Source: an uncultured Candidatus Rokubacteria bacterium | GTDB taxonomy: Bacteria; Methylomirabilota; Methylomirabilia; Rokubacteriales; DASRDR01 | Assembly: GCA_963805625.1 (NCBI GenBank) | Contig: CAWDVE010000010.1 | Coordinates: forward strand, 512,001-576,000 | Length of the DNA stretch: 64,000 nucleotides | Direction of reading: 5' to 3' | In this document: in pieces, positions 9,901-17,203 of the stretch | Numbering within the stretch: the stretch's first letter is position 1 | Layout of the letters: the number at the start of each line of letters is the position of its first letter | Notes under the pieces: model-generated | Databases searched by the model: none | What the model was told of the DNA's origin: nothing | Seen by the model: the letters and a program-made list of their open reading frames with translations, nothing else | Program-made: the position numbers and the translations under genes

Positions 9901-10352
9901 GCCACCGGGGCGCCGAAGAGCGCCATGATCCCGTCACCCATGACCTGGTTGACGGTGCCCTCGTAGTGGTGGACCGCCTCCATCATGCGATCGAGCACGG
10001 GGTCGAGAAGCTTGCGCGCCTCCTCCGGATCCCGGTTGGCCAAGAGCTCCATCGAACCCTTCAGATCGGCGAAGAGCACGGTCACCTGTTTACGCTCGCC
10101 CTCCAGGGCACTCCGGGACGTGAGGATTCGCTCAGCGAGGTGCCGGGGAGTGTAGGTGTCGGGCGAAGCGAAGCGCGGCTGGCTCGGAGTCGATCCAGGT
10201 CCACTGACGGGATGCGCGCACTCGAGGCAAAACTTGGCCGTGGGTGGAAGCAAGGTCCCACAACTCGTGCAGAGACGGGCAATCGGCGAAGCGCACTCCA
10301 GGCAGAACTTCGCCTGCGGTGGATTCTCCGTCTGGCAGCGAGGGCATTGCAT
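6993..10352 (-). CDS. Adenylate/guanylate cyclase with double zinc ribbon, AAA ATPase and TPR domains
   Basis: CPRC/CLEC/CTSC/CLEC; ERKQVTVLFADL, GDG; Walker A GEAGVGKS; FEDLHW; TPR-like C-terminus. Confidence 0.95.
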   Translation of the reverse strand: MQCPRCQTENPPQAKFCLECASPIARLCTSCGTLLPPTAKFCLECAHPVSGPGSTPSQPRFASPDTYTPRHLAERILTSRSALEGERKQVTVLFADLKGSMELLANRDPEEARKLLDPVLDRMMEAVHHYEGTVNQVMGDGIMALFGAPVAHEDHAVRACHAAVRMQRRVNLYADEIQREGGTPVQIRVGLNSGEVVVRAIGSDLHMDYTAVGQTTHLAARMEQMAKPGSVLVTGETLNLAEGYVQVRPLGMVTVKGLESPAQVYELTGVVPARSRLQASAARGLTRFVGREGELQQLAQALERAAAGHGQVVAVVGEAGVGKSRLLWEFTRSHRTHGWLVLDSASVSYGKATPYLPVIDLLKAYFRIQERDDSRAVRERVAGKLLTLDRTLEPLLTPLLALLDIPVGDAMWDALDRAQRRHRTLEAVRQLLLRESQIQPLLVLFEDLHWIDSETQAFLDGLIESLPTARILLLVSYRPEYEHAWGRKTYYFQLRIDPLPPQSAGALLDVLLGEDRTLAPVKQMLIERTEGNPFFLEESVRSLVETHVLVGERGAYRMTKAPDAWQIPATAQAILAARIDRLASEEKRLLQAASVIGKDVSFALLQAIADVPEDILRRGLTHLQAAEFLYETTLFPDLEYTFKHALTHEVAYGGLLQDRRRALHARIVDATEALYADRLTEHIEQLAYHAYRGEFWGKAVDYLRQAGAKAFARSANREAVASFEQALAALSHLPATRETLEQGVDVRLALRNSLWPLGRFETGFGHLRDAERQAQELGDQRRLGWIAAYLSEHTRQTGHAADAPEFAEDALTIAEALEDLPLRVAANYYLGTAYFVAGDYRRTDEFFPRILQLLEGDRFRERCGLAGFPSVMSRMFWTLALSERGEFDRGMVEAQEGVRLAEMLDHPYSLICALRGLGRVHGARGNLDHAIRLTERGLALSRERHLPQLSPEVADQLGYLYTLSGRVAEGLGLLEEALAAMEAMAMVQWRSPLLIHLGETYLLASRPENALTLAGRGLTLTRERGHRGSEAWGLRLLGEIALHHDRPDVATAEARYGAAMALASELGMRPLVAHCHLGLGKVYRHTGDEVKAGEHVRAATTMYRELDMDFWLRQAATQA

Positions 10353-10426
10353 GCCGGGCGACTCCAGCCGCGCCAAGGCTAGCCTCGCGGCATGGAGGCG
10401 TCAAGCGCAGCACGCGACCCCAAGAT

Positions 10427-10515
10427 TGGTGCCGGGGGAGGGAGTCGAACCCTCACACGTCTTGCGACGTAGCGGATTTTAAGTCCGCCGCGTCTCCCAG
10501 TTTCGCCACCCCGGC
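10427..10515 (-). tRNA. tRNA-Leu(TAA)
   Basis: GCCGGGG acceptor stem, anticodon arm GCGGA-CTTAAAA-TCCGC, long variable arm, GTTCGACTC, CCA end. Confidence 0.97.
10477..10515. repeat. att repeat (5' half of the intact tRNA-Leu)
   Basis: TTTTAAGTCCGCCGCGTCTCCCAGTTTCGCCACCCCGGC, identical to 23472-23510. Confidence 0.95.
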
Positions 10516-10547
10516 AGTCTGAAGATCCGCGGAGTTACGATACCCCG

Positions 10548-11081
10548 TCACGCCCCCGGCGGACCACTGTGCCCAGAATTGTGCCCAGTACGCTCGGCCA
10601 CTGTGCCCAGGACTGTGTCCTGCGGCGGCGGGGGTACGCTCTCGATCTTCTGAATCAAGCTGTGCACGAAGGCGGCCTGGTCGTTGAACCACTCCGCCGT
10701 CATGTCGGCGATAGTCTCGACAGGGAACCGTCCGTCGTTGTCCTTCTCCCCGAACTTGACCAGCCGGAGCGGGAAGCCCGTGGTCCCCGTCGGGAAAACC
10801 CGTCCATGTGCAAAGGTGTCACGTAAGGCACCCACCCGATGCGGGTCGAACCGATTCGCCTGAGGAACGAGGCCATTGTAGCGTTCTATCGTTTTCCACA
10901 AGCCCCTGTAGTCAGCGAGCGCGTCGTAGGGGACGCGGTCACCCACTTGCAGGCTTCCCCAGTGCCAGTGTGCGCCGGGGCTCGGCTCGATGCGTTCCAT
11001 GGCGGTGCGCAGCGTGGTTTCCAAGAGCTGCAGAAGGGCCACTAGTCGTCCAAGCGCCTGGGTATGCTCGTTCGTGTCCAC
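10548..11081 (-). CDS. Hypothetical protein with HEPN-like R-x4-H motif
   Basis: GTG start just after integrase stop; N-terminal helix ALGRLVALLQLLE; LRDTFAHG motif. Confidence 0.6.
   Translation of the reverse strand: MDTNEHTQALGRLVALLQLLETTLRTAMERIEPSPGAHWHWGSLQVGDRVPYDALADYRGLWKTIERYNGLVPQANRFDPHRVGALRDTFAHGRVFPTGTTGFPLRLVKFGEKDNDGRFPVETIADMTAEWFNDQAAFVHSLIQKIESVPPPPQDTVLGTVAERTGHNSGHSGPPGA
10568..10622. repeat. Integrase arm-type-like direct repeats (TGTGCCCAG, pairs at 12-bp period)
   Basis: Copies at 10568, 10580, 10602 and degenerate 10614; 19 bp (10569-10587) identical to 23319-23337. Confidence 0.75.
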
Positions 11082-11083
11082 AG

Positions 11084-12127
11084 CTATCCGCCGCTGGACA
11101 TCATGTGGGCACGGGCTAGCTTTTCCGCGCCCTCCCGCAGCATCGCCTCGTCCACAATCGCGTACCGGCGGTAGATCGCCTCCGTCTTGTGGCCGACCAT
11201 CTTCATCGCCGTCGAGCGGGGGACGCCGGCCCGCTCCAGGTTGCGCACCGCGGTCCGGCGAAGGTCGTGGGGAATCCGCCCCGGCACGCCGGCGGCCGTG
11301 CACGCGAGCGACCAGGCTTTGCGGAAGTCCCGGATCGGCTTGCCCCGGCGATGGAACACCCAGGGGATGATCCGCTTCCGGGCGCGCTGCCAGCGGTCCG
11401 TTTCGGTGCGCTGCGCGTCCAGGACCTCGTGCAACTCGGGCGTCAGGATGAACGTCCGCCCCTCCTGGTTCTTCGTGGTGCCCGGCTCCAGGCGGATCGT
11501 TCCGGCCTTGACATCGACCTGGCGCCACTGCAGCGGCTGCAGTTCACTCGGCACGCGCCACCCGGTGATGTAGGCGGCGGTCACGAGGCCGCGCAGCTCC
11601 GGCGCGAGCCGGCTCCGGACGGCCTCAAACTGCGGTCGGTCGAAGAAGCCCTGCCGGACGTTGTCCTCCCGGAGCAGGCGAATGCGGGGCGCCCGGTGGA
11701 GCCGCTCGGCATCGAGCGCGAGCGAATAGGCGCGCTTGAGCGCGGCCAACTCGCGGTTGATCGTGCCGTTCGCGGCGCCGGCGGCCTGCCGCGTGGTCGC
11801 GTAGGCCGTGAGATCTGCGCTCGTGACGTGGACGGCGCGCCGCGGGCCGAAAGCCGGCCGCAGATGCCCGAGGCTGATGTCCAGGCGGTCGAGCGAACGC
11901 CGACCGTTCGCCTGGTAGTCGGCCTTGAGGGTATCGAGCAGGTGGTCGACGGTGACCTTGTCGACGCGCGGGATCACGGGCCGGCCCTCGATCGCGGCGC
12001 CCTCTCGGACCTTCAGGAGCCGCTTCGCGTCCCCCTCCTTCGTCGACCCGCTCGACTCGCGGATGATCCGGTCGTGAGCGCGGTACTTGAGCCACCACAC
12101 GTCCCCCCGTCGATACACGCTGCCCAT
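11084..12127 (-). CDS. int: Tyrosine recombinase / phage integrase
   Basis: Catalytic set TGWR, TKN, HDLRRT, VGHKT, RRY; N-terminal arm-binding-like region GSVYRRGDVWWLKY. Confidence 0.95.
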   Translation of the reverse strand: MGSVYRRGDVWWLKYRAHDRIIRESSGSTKEGDAKRLLKVREGAAIEGRPVIPRVDKVTVDHLLDTLKADYQANGRRSLDRLDISLGHLRPAFGPRRAVHVTSADLTAYATTRQAAGAANGTINRELAALKRAYSLALDAERLHRAPRIRLLREDNVRQGFFDRPQFEAVRSRLAPELRGLVTAAYITGWRVPSELQPLQWRQVDVKAGTIRLEPGTTKNQEGRTFILTPELHEVLDAQRTETDRWQRARKRIIPWVFHRRGKPIRDFRKAWSLACTAAGVPGRIPHDLRRTAVRNLERAGVPRSTAMKMVGHKTEAIYRRYAIVDEAMLREGAEKLARAHMMSSGG

Positions 12128-12157
12128 CAGGCTCCCCTCCCCTCGTCGGTCGACGTG

Positions 12158-12865
12158 CTATTCTGCGGTCGCGTAACGTATCCCGCCCAGGAGGACTCCG
12201 CCATGACCGAGGCGCCCGAGATCACGAGCCCCTACGAGCCGCCCTGTATCGAGCGGGTCCTGACCCCGGAGGACCTGGAGCGCGAAGTCCTGTACGCGGG
12301 GTTCGATGCGGTCTCCGCCGACCAGAACTAGTCTCACCGCTCCAGCGCCGCCATGCGCGGCGCGAGGTCCCGCCCCGCCCGCTCCCCTTTGGCCTAGGGT
12401 GCGCGGGACCCAGACGGTCGCGCGATTCGAAAGAGGGTTGACGTGCTGGGACGAGTAGACAAACGCCCCCGTCGCGACCGTGATCGTGATCACCTCCGGC
12501 GACTCCCCCGGCGCCCGCTCACTCGGGAGGAGTATGAGACCTATTCCCATCGGGTCGGTTTCGATGCGCCAGAGGCTCGCGGGGACATCGATCTGTTGCA
12601 GCGTTCCGCTATAGCGAGTCACCCGGGCGCTCTTCGGCGACCCGGGCAGCACGTCGATCCGCCACTGGCTGGTGTTCCTCTGGCGTTCTAGCGGGCCGCT
12701 AACCTTCTCGGCCTTCTTCCCGCTCCCGAGTTCGGTGTGGTAATAGCCGACGGCCGCCGACTCGTTCGATTGACACAGCAACGCCGTGGCCTCGGTCTCG
12801 GCCGCGACCGGCGAGCCGACTGCCAGCACGACCACGACGACAAGGAGCCATGTCACCGAAGTCAT
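12158..12865 (-). CDS. Secreted hypothetical protein (3' end probably aberrant)
   Basis: Signal peptide (VAA-ETE); protein-like to about 12410, then low-quality read-through across the peptide gene. Confidence 0.55.
   Translation of the reverse strand: MTSVTWLLVVVVVLAVGSPVAAETEATALLCQSNESAAVGYYHTELGSGKKAEKVSGPLERQRNTSQWRIDVLPGSPKSARVTRYSGTLQQIDVPASLWRIETDPMGIGLILLPSERAPGESPEVITITVATGAFVYSSQHVNPLSNRATVWVPRTLGQRGAGGAGPRAAHGGAGAVRLVLVGGDRIEPRVQDFALQVLRGQDPLDTGRLVGARDLGRLGHGGVLLGGIRYATAE
12203..12331 (+). CDS. 42-aa peptide resembling a RiPP precursor (YxxP leader)
   Basis: AGGAGGA RBS; MTEAPEITSPYEPPCIERVLTPEDLEREVLYAGFDAVSADQN. Confidence 0.55.
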   Translation: MTEAPEITSPYEPPCIERVLTPEDLEREVLYAGFDAVSADQN

Positions 12866-12937
12866 GTCGATTACCCCCAGGTCTTATCCGGCCAGGCCCA
12901 CGGCTCTGTTCTCGCACCGCGCGGGGGCACCTCTCCG

Positions 12938-13228
12938 TTACGTCGCCGTCGTCCTTCGGACCCGCTGCCAGAGGACCACGCCCGCGAGCGCGACGAGGAG
13001 CAGCATCGCGCTACTCGCCTCCGGCACCGCCGTGGTCTCGGTCGTGAGGCTCGGGGCTGCGGTGATCGTCACGCTCGCGCCCGTCGTTTCCGTCGTGTCC
13101 GTCGGCAGCGTGAGGCACTCGGGGCAGTTCGTCCAGCCATGCTCGGTCAGCCGGTAGGTGTGGCCAGAGGAGCTCGTATACCACTCGCCGACGTGATACC
13201 AGCCGAGGCTCGTCCAATCGATGTACAT
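12938..13228 (-). CDS. Small protein with PEP-CTERM-like sorting tail
   Basis: Thr-rich linker, VPEASS, hydrophobic helix, basic tail WQRVRR. Confidence 0.7.
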   Translation of the reverse strand: MYIDWTSLGWYHVGEWYTSSSGHTYRLTEHGWTNCPECLTLPTDTTETTGASVTITAAPSLTTETTAVPEASSAMLLLVALAGVVLWQRVRRTTAT

Positions 13229-13231
13229 GGC

Positions 13232-13597
13232 TCACTCCAACGGCGTCGTCAGCGGCACGCCGAGGCACGCGGGACACTGGATATAGCCGGCGGCCCGGTT
13301 CCCCGGGAGCGCCCAATACGCCTCCACGGGTGGGATGCGGAAATGCCAGACGCAATCAATCAGGGCGACAAACCACTCGACACAGCACGGCGGACACCCC
13401 TCGGCGAGGCCACACTGCCGGATCGGCTCAGACCCGGGGTCGTTGCGCGCCGGACTCCTCGCCGCGAGGACGATCAGGTCGGCCACGGTGATCAGGCGAG
13501 GCCCGCGATCCTCGACCCGCCGGCGGCGGGGGCGGCGTGGCCACGGCCCCAGCATCGGCGGGCACTCGAAGAGCCGGAGTTGCGCGGTGTCCGTCAT
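13232..13597 (-). CDS. Cys-rich hypothetical protein
   Basis: ATGA overlap with XRE gene; CPPCC, CPAC. Confidence 0.5.
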   Translation of the reverse strand: MTDTAQLRLFECPPMLGPWPRRPRRRRVEDRGPRLITVADLIVLAARSPARNDPGSEPIRQCGLAEGCPPCCVEWFVALIDCVWHFRIPPVEAYWALPGNRAAGYIQCPACLGVPLTTPLE

Positions 13598-13800
13598 TCC
13601 AGCAGCGCCGTCACCGGCACGCCGAGGGCCTTCGCGAGACGCTGGAGCATCCCCACCGTGGGGTCCGAGCGCCCCTCCTCGAGCTTCGTGATGTACTCCC
13701 GACTCACGCCGGCCGCCTTCGCCAGCGCGTAGCGGCTCAGTCCCTTGGCCTTCCGCGTCTTTTTGAGCGTCATGCCGATCTGCCTCGGTGTCGGGCTCAT
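13594..13800 (-). CDS. XRE-family HTH transcriptional regulator
   Basis: LKKTRKAKGLSRYALAKAAGVSREYITKLEEGRSDPT...LAKALGV. Confidence 0.92.
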   Translation of the reverse strand: MSPTPRQIGMTLKKTRKAKGLSRYALAKAAGVSREYITKLEEGRSDPTVGMLQRLAKALGVPVTALLE

Positions 13801-13804
13801 GTTA

Positions 13805-13820
13805 GTCCACTATAGTTGAC
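13805..13820. promoter_or_regulatory. Near-palindromic operator candidate upstream of the XRE gene
   Basis: GTCCACTATAGTTGAC (one mismatched pair) containing -10-like TATAGT 8 bp before the ATG. Confidence 0.55.
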
Positions 13821-14056
13821 GATGCAAGAGGGCTCTCGGTGGTCGCGCGGGGCCGCGGCTCGGGGGGCTCGATCCATCCCGCCCGACCCTACCGCGAGCC
13901 GGTCCGGGGCGCCAGCCGGGGGCCTCGACGGAACCCCGACAGCGCGATACGCTGGGGCCCTCGGGACACGCTCGGAACGGCCGGGGCGGCAGTGTGACGC
14001 CGCGGTATCCGCTCCCCGTGCTGTACGAGCCAATCCGGCCGACAGCGAGGTGTCCC

Positions 14057-14305
14057 ATGACGACACCATTTCCCTCCCCCACAGCTCCCGATCCCCTCCG
14101 GTTCTCGATTCTCGGCACGATCGTCACGTGGGATTCGTTCGGGCGCTGGCTCCGCATCGGGGAGCGCAACTTCTGGGTGGCCCCGAGCGTGGCGGTGGCG
14201 GGCCTGGGTCCCGGCGTCAGGGTCACCGCCAGCGGGCACCAGGAGGACCTGACCGCCCGGTGGATCGTGACCAACGTGAAGCTCGCCGGAGACATCCCAT
14301 GGTGA
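14057..14305 (+). CDS. Small beta-rich hypothetical protein (DUF5666/OB-fold-like)
   Basis: GAGG RBS; ILGTI...LRIG...L.PG.RVTASG pattern. Confidence 0.5.
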   Translation: MTTPFPSPTAPDPLRFSILGTIVTWDSFGRWLRIGERNFWVAPSVAVAGLGPGVRVTASGHQEDLTARWIVTNVKLAGDIPW

Positions 14306-14353
14306 CCGCGTCAGCGCCCCGGTGAACCGCGACCGGCCGGATCCCGCCGCGGC

Positions 14354-14848
14354 TCATGCCGAGTCCGTCGGAGGGTCCGGGAGGGCCGGGGCCGTCGGCC
14401 ACGCGGAAGGCGCGAAAGCGAGGACCTTGACCCCGTCGGCCCGCTCCGTGATGTTCACCACTTCGAGCACCACCGCCGGGGCCGCCGCGAGCCGGGCGAG
14501 GAAGTCCACGGAGACTCGCACCCGGTCACCTGGGCGGATGGCCGACTCCACCAGCCGGTCGAATTGGTCCGTCGGCACGTTCGCCACGCGGAGGGCGGTC
14601 CGCTTCTGGTCGCGGGACATCCCAGCATCGCGGGCCGCGCTGGTACGTGTGCCAACGGGGGACCGACCCCCCGTTGCCGAATTGCCACGGTCTCCACCGC
14701 GCGCCGGAGCGATCGACCGGAGCAGCGCCCCGCACCGCGCGATGGCCCGCGCCTGGATACGCTCGGCCATCTGGCGCAGCGGGAGTGGGGCGCCAATACC
14801 CCAATTCTGCCCGGCGGGCAGAATGACCCACCCCGCCCGGGGGGTCAT
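14354..14848 (-). CDS. Phage-type hypothetical protein
   Basis: ATGA-coupled to upstream gene; AARDAGMSRDQKRTALRVANVP HTH-like segment. Confidence 0.5.
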   Translation of the reverse strand: MTPRAGWVILPAGQNWGIGAPLPLRQMAERIQARAIARCGALLRSIAPARGGDRGNSATGGRSPVGTRTSAARDAGMSRDQKRTALRVANVPTDQFDRLVESAIRPGDRVRVSVDFLARLAAAPAVVLEVVNITERADGVKVLAFAPSAWPTAPALPDPPTDSA

Positions 14849-15231
14849 GCCGGGACCCCGTGTTCGAGGGCCGCCGGACGTGCGGACCCGTCAGAACTCG
14901 CGTCCTCACGGGGGTCCTGCAGGCTCCGCGGCCGCCTGGGGGCGAGGCGACCCGGGGCGGCCGCCCGTTTCAGCCCCCAGCGGAACCGGCCCACGGGAAT
15001 GGTGTAGAACCGGCCCGAGCAGGCCCCCCCGGGGAACCGGGTCTCCCGCGCCGCCGGAATGCCGAGCCGCGCGAGCTTGCGCCACGTGACCGGCGAGGCC
15101 GACCAGAGGTGGACCTGGTCGTCCGCGCGGTCCCAGCGGATCGTGGTTTCTTGCTCGGCGCGGGTGGCGCGATACGCCGCCGAGGCCGCGGCGGGTTGAC
15201 GACGACGCGGACGCAGGGATAGAGTCGGCAT
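14845..15231 (-). CDS. Phage-type hypothetical protein
   Basis: GGAG RBS; EQETTIRWD motif, protein-like composition. Confidence 0.55.
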   Translation of the reverse strand: MPTLSLRPRRRQPAAASAAYRATRAEQETTIRWDRADDQVHLWSASPVTWRKLARLGIPAARETRFPGGACSGRFYTIPVGRFRWGLKRAAAPGRLAPRRPRSLQDPREDASSDGSARPAALEHGVPA

Positions 15232-15253
15232 GGTCTCCAGGCGCTCCTGTTCG

Positions 15254-15288
15254 ACGGCCCCGCCGGAGGCTGAATCCGGCGGGGCCGT
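15254..15288. terminator. Strong hairpin after the virion-gene module
   Basis: 14-bp perfect stem ACGGCCCCGCCGGA / TCCGGCGGGGCCGT, 7-nt loop; no clear U tract. Confidence 0.6.
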
Positions 15289-15301
15289 GTTCGTGGTGGC
15301 C

Positions 15302-16150
15302 CTAGTAGCGGAAGTCCCCGCGTCCCGAATACGTGCTGGCGCCGACGTTCCCGTACCGCGAGTAGACGAACGGGCTGGCGGCTGCGCTGGCCCCGCTCAA
15401 CAGCGTCGAGCCGACCCCGAGATAGCCCGCCGTCCGCACCCCACCCGCCTGAAATCCATAAAGATTCGCCTGCGAGAGATCCGCGGCGGATCGGGAGAGT
15501 CCGCCGAATCGCGCGAACGCCGCTTCCCCTATGAGCGATCCCGCCCGGAGTGCGCCTTCACTGCGCGCATACGCTGAGCCGGCCCGCATGCCGGCCACGT
15601 CCACCGCCACTTCGTAATCGTGCACCGCGAGCTCCTGCCCGACGGTGTCCGCATTTTCCATGAGCACCATCAGGGGCGACCCCGTGGTATCGACACCCGC
15701 CTTCCCGATCGCGGCGCGCACCTCGCTTTGCGTCCGGTCGTAGTTGCGACGAATGGCCGCCTCTTGGATCTTCCCGGCCGCTTCCCGCGCGAGGGCCTGT
15801 TGCTCGCTGAGGGTGGCCTGCGCCTCAGCCAACGACAGCGCGCCCATGGCTTGTCGCTCGAGGAGTTTGCCTTGCAGCTCGGCCATTCGGGCTTGATAGG
15901 CCGCTTGCTGACGCGCGAGTGCCGCGTTGTACTCCAGGGCCGCCGCTTGCTGCTGGGAGGCCTGGTAGGTCCCGTAGGCCGAGACGCCCGCCGCGACCAC
16001 GGCCGCCACCGCCGCAATGGCCGCAAAGGCCGCCGGCGAGAAGTGGCCCACCTCGGCCTCGACTCGCCAGTTGGGATCGACGGCCTCGCCGCAGAGTCGG
16101 CTGAGACGGGCGTCGAAGGACTCCGGACATCCGGGACGGGCTCGACTCAT
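15302..16150 (-). CDS. Podovirus-type internal virion / DNA ejection (pilot) protein
   Basis: GAGGAGG RBS; hydrophobic AAVAAVVAAGVSAYG, QQQAAALEYNA coiled coil, AGVDTTGSPL motif, Gly-rich hydrophobic C-terminus. Confidence 0.7.
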   Translation of the reverse strand: MSRARPGCPESFDARLSRLCGEAVDPNWRVEAEVGHFSPAAFAAIAAVAAVVAAGVSAYGTYQASQQQAAALEYNAALARQQAAYQARMAELQGKLLERQAMGALSLAEAQATLSEQQALAREAAGKIQEAAIRRNYDRTQSEVRAAIGKAGVDTTGSPLMVLMENADTVGQELAVHDYEVAVDVAGMRAGSAYARSEGALRAGSLIGEAAFARFGGLSRSAADLSQANLYGFQAGGVRTAGYLGVGSTLLSGASAAASPFVYSRYGNVGASTYSGRGDFRY

Positions 16151-16160
16151 CGGGGCCTCC

Positions 16161-16478
16161 TCACTCGTCCAGCAGGGTCGTCTTGCGGCGACGCGGGCGG
16201 ACGAGGAGTCCCCGCGTCTTGTCGGTCCCGGGCAGGGCGCCGGCCTTGTCGCCCGGCGGAATCGGTCGGGTGGCCGGTGGCACCCGCGGCCCCGGGCCGG
16301 CCACGGGCACGTACGTCACGGTGGGACCCGTGCGCGGCCGCACCGAGAGCACCTGGAACCCGCCCTGACCCGGCTCGCCCGTCTTGACCTGCGGCCCCGC
16401 GGTCGCCGTCGTCACCGAATTTTTCGGCGGGGTGTAGTAGGGCACCGGCGTCGGCCGCGGGTAACTCGGGTGGCCCAT
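16161..16478 (-). CDS. Small Pro-rich virion-associated-like protein
   Basis: Translationally coupled; basic C-terminus RRRKTTLL. Confidence 0.5.
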   Translation of the reverse strand: MGHPSYPRPTPVPYYTPPKNSVTTATAGPQVKTGEPGQGGFQVLSVRPRTGPTVTYVPVAGPGPRVPPATRPIPPGDKAGALPGTDKTRGLLVRPRRRKTTLLDE

Positions 16479-17203
16479 CAGCGGGCTCGCCGGCCATGCT
16501 GCCGCGCCTGCATATACTCCTCGCGGAACCGGGGCTCGTACTTCGCGATCAACTGGGACGCCTCGGGATCGTGCCCGAGCAACGCGCCGAGTCGCGCCAG
16601 TTCCATGATGACCTGCGGGTGATTGCCCGCGCGCGTCCGGTCAAACTCCTCGCGCAACTCGCCCGGACGGCCCCCGCGGCGCTGATCCAACACCTCGAGC
16701 GCCGCCTTCGCTTGCGCCATCATCCGCGGATAGTGCGCCCCCCAGTGGCTTTGCAAGCGCTCCGCCGCCACCTCGCGACTCGGGATCGATCGCCCCTCGG
16801 CCACCGTAGGCTTCGGCTGACTGGCGTCCAGGATCCAGTTGACGACCGGGTTCGCCTCGGACTCTGACAGGTTGAACGCGCGACACGCGGCCGTCGCGAT
16901 CGAGCGATCCACCGCCGTGAACGTCTCCTCCGTCCGGCCCGGCGGCATCGCGATCTCGTAGTCCAGGTTCGGCGCGACCGTCGCCCCGCTCGCGGCGGCC
17001 GCCGTCCCGTGGACGGTCTCGTACAAGAGTGCCATTTCGCGCAGCGCCGTCGGGTCCCCCCGATGAAACGGATGCGCGAGATCCCCGCGAATCTCCGCAA
17101 TCCGGACCTCCGCCGCGGCGCGATCGGGCGGGCCACTCGGCGCCGGCTCGGGACTGGGGGCGGGACTCGGACTCGGGACGGTCGGGTCGAGGGGCTCAGG
17201 CAT
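16478..17203 (-). CDS. Capsid scaffolding-like protein
   Basis: LQSHWGAHY..MMAQAKAAL and AGNHPQVIMELARLG motifs; RIAEIRGDLAHPFH motif. Confidence 0.65.
   Translation of the reverse strand: MPEPLDPTVPSPSPAPSPEPAPSGPPDRAAAEVRIAEIRGDLAHPFHRGDPTALREMALLYETVHGTAAAASGATVAPNLDYEIAMPPGRTEETFTAVDRSIATAACRAFNLSESEANPVVNWILDASQPKPTVAEGRSIPSREVAAERLQSHWGAHYPRMMAQAKAALEVLDQRRGGRPGELREEFDRTRAGNHPQVIMELARLGALLGHDPEASQLIAKYEPRFREEYMQARQHGRRAR

Noticed and set aside
10568-10622. Short repeats as a CRISPR array
   Set aside because: Units are 9 bp with no unique spacers and no cas genes; they fit integrase arm sites.
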